This document shows, piece by piece, positions 25,187 to 30,011 of a stretch of DNA of 30,011 nucleotides. The position numbers and the translations under genes were made by a program. The DNA lies in the NCBI GenBank assembly GCA_038245905.1, contig JBBRRY010000038.1, forward strand, positions 1-30,011, given 5' to 3'. The notes under the pieces were generated by a model. That model saw only the letters and a program-made list of their open reading frames with translations. It had not been told where the DNA came from and did not search any database. Every line of letters begins with the position of its first letter. Position 1 is the stretch's first letter. This DNA is from Thermoanaerobaculia bacterium (GTDB taxonomy: Bacteria; Acidobacteriota; Thermoanaerobaculia; UBA5066).

Positions 25187-25510
25187 GTGGCCGATCAGGA
25201 TCCGAAAGCCGAACCCCAGTCTCCGTCCCTCCAGTTTTCGATCGACGACTCGGTCGCGAACGGCGTCTACGTGAACTTCGCGAACATCATTCACAACCCC
25301 GCTGAGTTCGTCCTCGACTTCGGCCGCGTGGTCCCGGGCCGAAGCGACGTCCGCGTCCTTTCGCGCGTGCTCACGACGCCCGTCCACGCCAAGCAGCTTC
25401 TGAACGCTCTTGCGCAGAACGTGGCCCTGTACGAGAAGACCTTCGGCACGATTCGCACCGACTTCGACGCGCCGCGGCCGGGCGGCACCGAAGCCTTTCG
25501 ACCCAACTGA
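25187..25510 (+). CDS. DUF3467 family protein
   Basis: GVYVNFANIIHNPAEFVLDF...SRVLTTPVHAKQLLNAL.QN..YEKTFGTI; SD GAGGTG before GTG. Confidence 0.88.
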   Translation: MADQDPKAEPQSPSLQFSIDDSVANGVYVNFANIIHNPAEFVLDFGRVVPGRSDVRVLSRVLTTPVHAKQLLNALAQNVALYEKTFGTIRTDFDAPRPGGTEAFRPN

Positions 25511-25538
25511 CGGCTCAAAGCAAGGACGATCACGACCG

Positions 25539-26081
25539 ATGAACGCACGAAAACCATTCGTTCTCTCCCTCGGCCTCGCGCTCGGCATTTCTGCCGGTTT
25601 CTCTCCCGCGGCTGCGGGCGCAGAGAAGAAGTCCGGCGTCCCGGCGGCCACAACCGCCGCGTCTCCCTCCGGGCCGCGGACAGCGCCCATCTTCGATTCA
25701 GACGCGATCGGACAAAAGCAGATTGCTGACTATCAGAAGGTGGCTCTGGACTCCGGACGAAGGCTTCTCCTCATCTTCGGCACGAACGAGTGCGCTCCGT
25801 GTCGCGCGTTCAACCGCGCGATTCACGAGAAGCAGTTTTTCTCGGCGTTCATCAACCAGTTCATCCCGGTGTACATCGACGTCTCGAGCGGGACGAACGC
25901 GTCGCTTCTTACCGATTACAACGTCAACCCGGCAGCCGAGCAGCCCGGCATCGTGATCCTGATGCCGGACGGGCGGATCATGGACGTCCTCGCGCAGGGT
26001 GAGATGGCCGCTCTCGCTCGAAAGGGCGACGCCTCCGTCCAGGAGTTCTTTCTGACGCGCTTCCTGAAGACCGAGAAGTAG
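25539..26081 (+). CDS. Exported thioredoxin-fold protein (CxxC = CAPC)
   Basis: Signal peptide MNARKPFVLSLGLALG...; RLLLIFGTNECAPCR; FIPVYIDV; PGIVILMPDG. Confidence 0.85.
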   Translation: MNARKPFVLSLGLALGISAGFSPAAAGAEKKSGVPAATTAASPSGPRTAPIFDSDAIGQKQIADYQKVALDSGRRLLLIFGTNECAPCRAFNRAIHEKQFFSAFINQFIPVYIDVSSGTNASLLTDYNVNPAAEQPGIVILMPDGRIMDVLAQGEMAALARKGDASVQEFFLTRFLKTEK

Positions 26082-26128
26082 CGCGCCGCGCCGAGCGCGA
26101 CTGCCCGCGCTCTGGCAGAATCGGGCCG

Positions 26129-26713
26129 GTGGCACCCTCCCGAAGCGGGACTCAGCCCGCGCCAGACTCCGGCGATCTCCTGCTGGTGGCCGCCGGGGAC
26201 AGCGCGGCCCTCACGCGCCTCGTGGCGCGATGGAGTCAACCCGTCTACGCATTTTTTGAGCGAACGCGCGAGCCATCCGCCGCCACGGAAGCGACTCTCG
26301 CGACGTTCGAGCGGCTCGTCGCGAGTTCGCCCCGCTACGCGCCCGGCGTTCTGTTCCCTTCGTTTCTCTGGGCAATCGCCGTGAAGATCGTTCAGGAGGG
26401 AGAGAACGGCGGCGTCCTCGAGATTCCGGCAGCGAAGCTGGCCGAGTCCGCTGCCGCCCGCACGGCGCTCGTACGTTCGGCCATCGCGGCGCTGCCGCCC
26501 GCCGAACGCGCGGCCTTCCTCCTGACCCGCGTCGCACGCCTTCCCGCGGCCGCGGCAGCCGACGCGCTGGGAGTCCAGGAGACCGATGTGCGGCGCCGGC
26601 TCGTGCGCGCTCTGGAGTCCCTGCGAACGTCTCTCGCTCCGCTTCTCGAGAATCCAACCGTGCCGGCTTCCCAGGGCGAGCCTGAAGGCGACCCAACCGG
26701 AGCCGCCTCGTGA
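26129..26713 (+). CDS. ECF-type sigma factor, degenerate
   Basis: sigma2-like AAGDSAALTRLVARW..PVY and FPSFLWAIA; sigma4-like AIAALPPAERAAFLL...ADALGV...VRRRLVRA. Coupled (GTGA) to a zinc anti-sigma. Confidence 0.8.
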   Translation: MAPSRSGTQPAPDSGDLLLVAAGDSAALTRLVARWSQPVYAFFERTREPSAATEATLATFERLVASSPRYAPGVLFPSFLWAIAVKIVQEGENGGVLEIPAAKLAESAAARTALVRSAIAALPPAERAAFLLTRVARLPAAAAADALGVQETDVRRRLVRALESLRTSLAPLLENPTVPASQGEPEGDPTGAAS

Positions 26714-27681
26714 CCTGTAACGAGCTGCGTGAGCGGATCGTCGACTCGGCGGCGGCATCGCAGGGGGGCCACGCCCCCGTCGTCGCTCATCTCGAAGAGT
26801 GCGCGGCCTGCCGCGCCGCGGCGCGCGAATTCGGGGCTCTCGACCGGCTCGTGAGACCCGCGCTTCTCCCCTCGCCGCCCTCCGACTTCGAGACCCGGCT
26901 GCGCCTTCGACTGTCGGTCGGATCAAGGCGCCCGGTCTCGAGCGCATGGCTTCTGGGTAGCGCGGTCGCCGTGCTCGCTTTGGCAGCCCTCTTCGCGCCT
27001 CGTTTTCTTCGAACGCACCCGAAGCCGGGACCGCCTGCGCCCGCGGAGTCCGCTTCCGCTCTCGTGCCCGCTTCGGCGGCCGCTCCAGCACTGGAAGCAC
27101 GCCCACCCGACATCGTCGCCGTACGCTCGACGCCGATCTCGTTTCAATCCGCGCCGCTCAGCGCGGAGGAGAAGTCGGAGGCCGCCGCGCTGCACGATTT
27201 CGACTTCCTCAATTCCTTCCGGATGCTCGCGCGCCTCGACGCGTTCTTTCCCGAGCCCGTCGGTCCACGTGCTCCGGTGCCGGTTCCGGCGGGTGGCTTT
27301 CCGTCGCGCCCGCCCGACACGCCCGATGCGATCACCGGGCGCACTCTCGACTGGCAGCGCTCTCCCCGGGCGGAGCGCGCCCGCCTCGCCGAGCTCGAAA
27401 AGTCGTTTCGCGATCGCCCCGAGGAAGAGCGCGCGCTCCTCGAAGATCGCTGGACGCTCGTCCGCGACTTTTCCGAAGACCAGCGTGCCGGGCTGCGCCG
27501 GCTCGCGAGCCGCATGAACGAATTCGACTCGCGCGCCCACGAACGGCTCGAATCCGAGATCCGGCTCATCGGGCGCCTCCCGAAAGAGCAGCGCGCGGCG
27601 CGCTGGCGCACGCTCCCCTTCACCAAGCCGCTCACCGGCCAGGAGCTCGCAAGCGCCGAAAGGCTTCTCCTTTCTCGCTGA
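26710..27681 (+). CDS. Zinc-binding (zf-HC2/ZAS) anti-sigma factor with TM and C-terminal DUF3106-like helical region
   Basis: MTC...HLEECAAC, TM AWLLGSAVAVLALAALFA, Pro-rich linker, repeated W/F...(P/S)xE/DxR helical motifs. Confidence 0.8.
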   Translation: MTCNELRERIVDSAAASQGGHAPVVAHLEECAACRAAAREFGALDRLVRPALLPSPPSDFETRLRLRLSVGSRRPVSSAWLLGSAVAVLALAALFAPRFLRTHPKPGPPAPAESASALVPASAAAPALEARPPDIVAVRSTPISFQSAPLSAEEKSEAAALHDFDFLNSFRMLARLDAFFPEPVGPRAPVPVPAGGFPSRPPDTPDAITGRTLDWQRSPRAERARLAELEKSFRDRPEEERALLEDRWTLVRDFSEDQRAGLRRLASRMNEFDSRAHERLESEIRLIGRLPKEQRAARWRTLPFTKPLTGQELASAERLLLSR

Positions 27682-27725
27682 AGGCTCCTTCCCTCGCGCC
27701 GATCGTCCCGTAGACTCCCGGGGTC

Positions 27726-29864
27726 ATGGCCGCGATCGACCGGACGCCCTCGCCTCCCTTCGAGCCCTGGATCCCGGCCACGGAAGCGCCGGCCGAGCTC
27801 ACTCTGCGCGCGGTCGCCCTCGGGTCGATCCTCGGAATCGTCTTCGGGGCCGCCTCCGTCTACCTCGGCCTGAAAGTCGGTCTCACCACCTCGGCCTCGA
27901 TCCCGATCGCGGTCATGGCGATCACGATCCTGAAGAAATTCGGGAACTCGACGATTCTCGAGAACAACATCGTCCAGACCACCGGGTCGGCCGGCGAGTC
28001 GGTTGCCGCTGCCGTCGTCTTCACGATTCCCGCCCTGATCTTCCTCGGCTTTCCGATGAGGATTCCGGTGACGTTCCTCATCGCGCTCACGGGAGGCGTC
28101 CTCGGAGTCCTCCTCATGATTCCGCTGCGGCGCTACCTGATCGTGAAAGAGCACGGCACTCTGCGTTTTCCCGAGGGGACGGCCTGCGCCGAGATCCTGA
28201 TCGCGGGCGAGCAGGGCGGCACGTCCGCCAAAAAGATCTTCTTCGGTATCGGACTGGGCGCCACGTTCAAGCTTGCGACGAAGCTGCTGGGCGTCTTCAA
28301 GGACAACGTGGGGCGGTCGTTTTCCTTCTATCCGGGCTCCCGGCTCGAGTGCGAGACGTCGCCCGAGCTCCTCGCCGTGGGCTACATCATCGGATACGAA
28401 ACGAGCGTCGTCATGGTCGCGGGCGGCCTCCTCGCGGCGCTCATCCTCGGACCGATGGTCGTCTTCTTCGGGAGCCAGCTCACCGAGCCTCTGGCCCCCG
28501 CCACGACGCTCATCCGGAACATGGACTACGCTGCTCTCAAGGACAAATACCTTCGCTACATCGGCGCGGGGGCCGTCGCGATGGGGGGAATCCTCGGGCT
28601 CGTACGCTCGGCGCCGGCGATCTGGGAATCCCTCGCCGCGTCCGTGAAGCAGCTCCGCGGCGGCTCGGACGGGGGAGCGAAGGTTCTCCGGACAGAGCGC
28701 GACACGCCCATCACATGGGTCGTCTTCGGTTCGCTCGCAATCGTCGTCTTCATCACGCTCGTGCCCGTCTTTCGCATGAACGTTCTCGGCGCGGCCCTCA
28801 TCGTCGTCTTCGGCTTCCTGTTCTCCGTGGTTTCCGCCCGCATCACGGGCCTCGTCGGCTCGTCCTCCTGTCCGCTTTCCGGAATGACGATCGCGGTCGT
28901 CATCGGCAGCTGCCTCATCTTCCTCGCCGTCGGCTGGACCGGACCGAGCTACTCCTACCTCGCGCTCGTCGTGGCCGCCGTCGTGTCCATCGCCATCTCG
29001 AACGCGGGCACGACGGCGCAAGACCTCAAGACGGGGCATCTCGTCGGCTCCACGCCGCGCGCCCAGCAGGCCGCCATCCTCGCCGGCGTCCTGACGTCCG
29101 TGCTCGCGATCGGCTGGACGACCTGGGCCCTGAACGCCTCGGAGACGAGGGTCACGAGGCTCGCGTCGCCGATCGCCGTCCCCGCCGCGTCGCTCGCGGC
29201 GGCCGAAGACGAGAAAGGCCCGGACGGGAAGACCTACGCATTCGTGAAGGTCGGCGCGGGAGACGTCGCCGCGCTCGAAGCCGGAAACTATCTCGTCGAT
29301 CGTGCGGCCGGCACGGCTCTCTTCCACCGCGTGGACGGGATCGGAAACCGGAACTTCCCCGCGCCCCAGGCAAACCTGATGGCCGTGCTCATCTCCGGCC
29401 TCCTCGACCACAAGCTGCCCTGGGGACTCGTCCTCATCGGTGCGGCGATCGCCGTCTTCATCGAGCTCCTGACCGGGCATTCCCTCACGTTCGCGGTGGG
29501 CGTCTACCTGCCCCTTTCCACCACGATGCCCATCTTCATCGGAGGGCTCGTGCGCAAGCTCGCCGACAAGAGGTACGGGCGCGTGCCCGACGACACGAGC
29601 GAGAGCGAAGGCACGCTCCTCTCGTCCGGGCTGATTGCCGGAGGCGCGCTCGTGGGCGTCCTCGTGGCTTTCCTGCACTTCCCCGTGTTCGGGCTCGGAT
29701 TCGACGAAGAGCTCGACCTGCCGAGGATCGCTCTCGGGCCGCGCCTCTGGCCGGCTGCCTTCGGCTCGGACTTGCTACCGCTCGCCGCCTTCGCGGGCCT
29801 CGCCTACCTGCTGTATCGGGGAGCGAGGGCGAACACCAGAGCGAAGACCAAGGGATCGGCCTGA
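27726..29864 (+). CDS. Oligopeptide transporter, OPT family (YSL-like bacterial clade)
   Basis: ELTLRA, YLGLKVGLTTSASIP, ENNIVQT.GSAGE, FPEGTACAE, SSCPLSGMTI, QDLKTGHLVGSTP, APQANLMA, FAVGVYLPL, SSGLIAG. Confidence 0.95.
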   Translation: MAAIDRTPSPPFEPWIPATEAPAELTLRAVALGSILGIVFGAASVYLGLKVGLTTSASIPIAVMAITILKKFGNSTILENNIVQTTGSAGESVAAAVVFTIPALIFLGFPMRIPVTFLIALTGGVLGVLLMIPLRRYLIVKEHGTLRFPEGTACAEILIAGEQGGTSAKKIFFGIGLGATFKLATKLLGVFKDNVGRSFSFYPGSRLECETSPELLAVGYIIGYETSVVMVAGGLLAALILGPMVVFFGSQLTEPLAPATTLIRNMDYAALKDKYLRYIGAGAVAMGGILGLVRSAPAIWESLAASVKQLRGGSDGGAKVLRTERDTPITWVVFGSLAIVVFITLVPVFRMNVLGAALIVVFGFLFSVVSARITGLVGSSSCPLSGMTIAVVIGSCLIFLAVGWTGPSYSYLALVVAAVVSIAISNAGTTAQDLKTGHLVGSTPRAQQAAILAGVLTSVLAIGWTTWALNASETRVTRLASPIAVPAASLAAAEDEKGPDGKTYAFVKVGAGDVAALEAGNYLVDRAAGTALFHRVDGIGNRNFPAPQANLMAVLISGLLDHKLPWGLVLIGAAIAVFIELLTGHSLTFAVGVYLPLSTTMPIFIGGLVRKLADKRYGRVPDDTSESEGTLLSSGLIAGGALVGVLVAFLHFPVFGLGFDEELDLPRIALGPRLWPAAFGSDLLPLAAFAGLAYLLYRGARANTRAKTKGSA

Positions 29865-29871
29865 AGGGCGC

Positions 29872-30011
29872 CTAGCAGGCTGTTGAAGAAGGGCCTGTTT
29901 TCTGGAGACGAAGGCGAGAGAAGAGATTCTTAGAGGGAAGAGATTGCCGAGGGCGGCGGTTTCGACTCCTACTTTTCGTCTTGATCCGCCGCTTTCGGGC
30001 GAATCCGGGGC
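29872..30011. mobile_element. Possible end of an IS1182/IS5-like element or MITE (truncated by the window edge)
   Basis: CTAG (29872-29875) followed by CAGGCTGTTGAAGAA, resembling from recall the CAGGCTGTTGAAAAA termini of such elements. Sequence turns purine-rich and lower in GC, with a 13-bp stem 29947-29959/29986-29998. No transposase or second end is visible. Confidence 0.4.

Overview
High-GC bacterial core-chromosome segment; protein style and gene order suggest Acidobacteriota (Thermoanaerobaculia-like), which is inference. Left to right: (1) a minus-strand type IVa pilus operon pilMNOPQ, extended by two lipoproteins. The second is a Cys-rich Ig/IPT-TIG repeat protein that runs off the left edge and is missing from the ORF track. 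(2) A structured intergenic region with an orphan plus-strand promoter facing rel. (3) Bifunctional rel (RSH), divergent from dedA and a DAACS symporter. (4) A tightly coupled minus-strand run: TraF/FadL-like outer-membrane barrel, tgt, yajC, Mre11/SbcD-like nuclease, membrane-anchored Rad50/YhaN-like ATPase, secD, secF. SecF carries a ComEA-like helix-hairpin-helix insertion in its periplasmic domain. (5) FYDLN Zn-ribbon protein, folK lacking an obvious start codon, cysE/epsC, an exported TPR protein, DUF3467, an exported thioredoxin-like protein, a degenerate ECF sigma with a zinc anti-sigma, an OPT transporter, and a possible IS/MITE end at the right edge. No rRNA, tRNA or CRISPR array was seen. 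The best candidates for an undescribed system are the SecF-HhH fusion with the Mre11/Rad50-like pair inserted in the yajC-secDF operon, and the lipoprotein-extended pilMNOPQ operon with an apparently lipidated secretin. All family calls come from motif recognition by eye; no searches were run.
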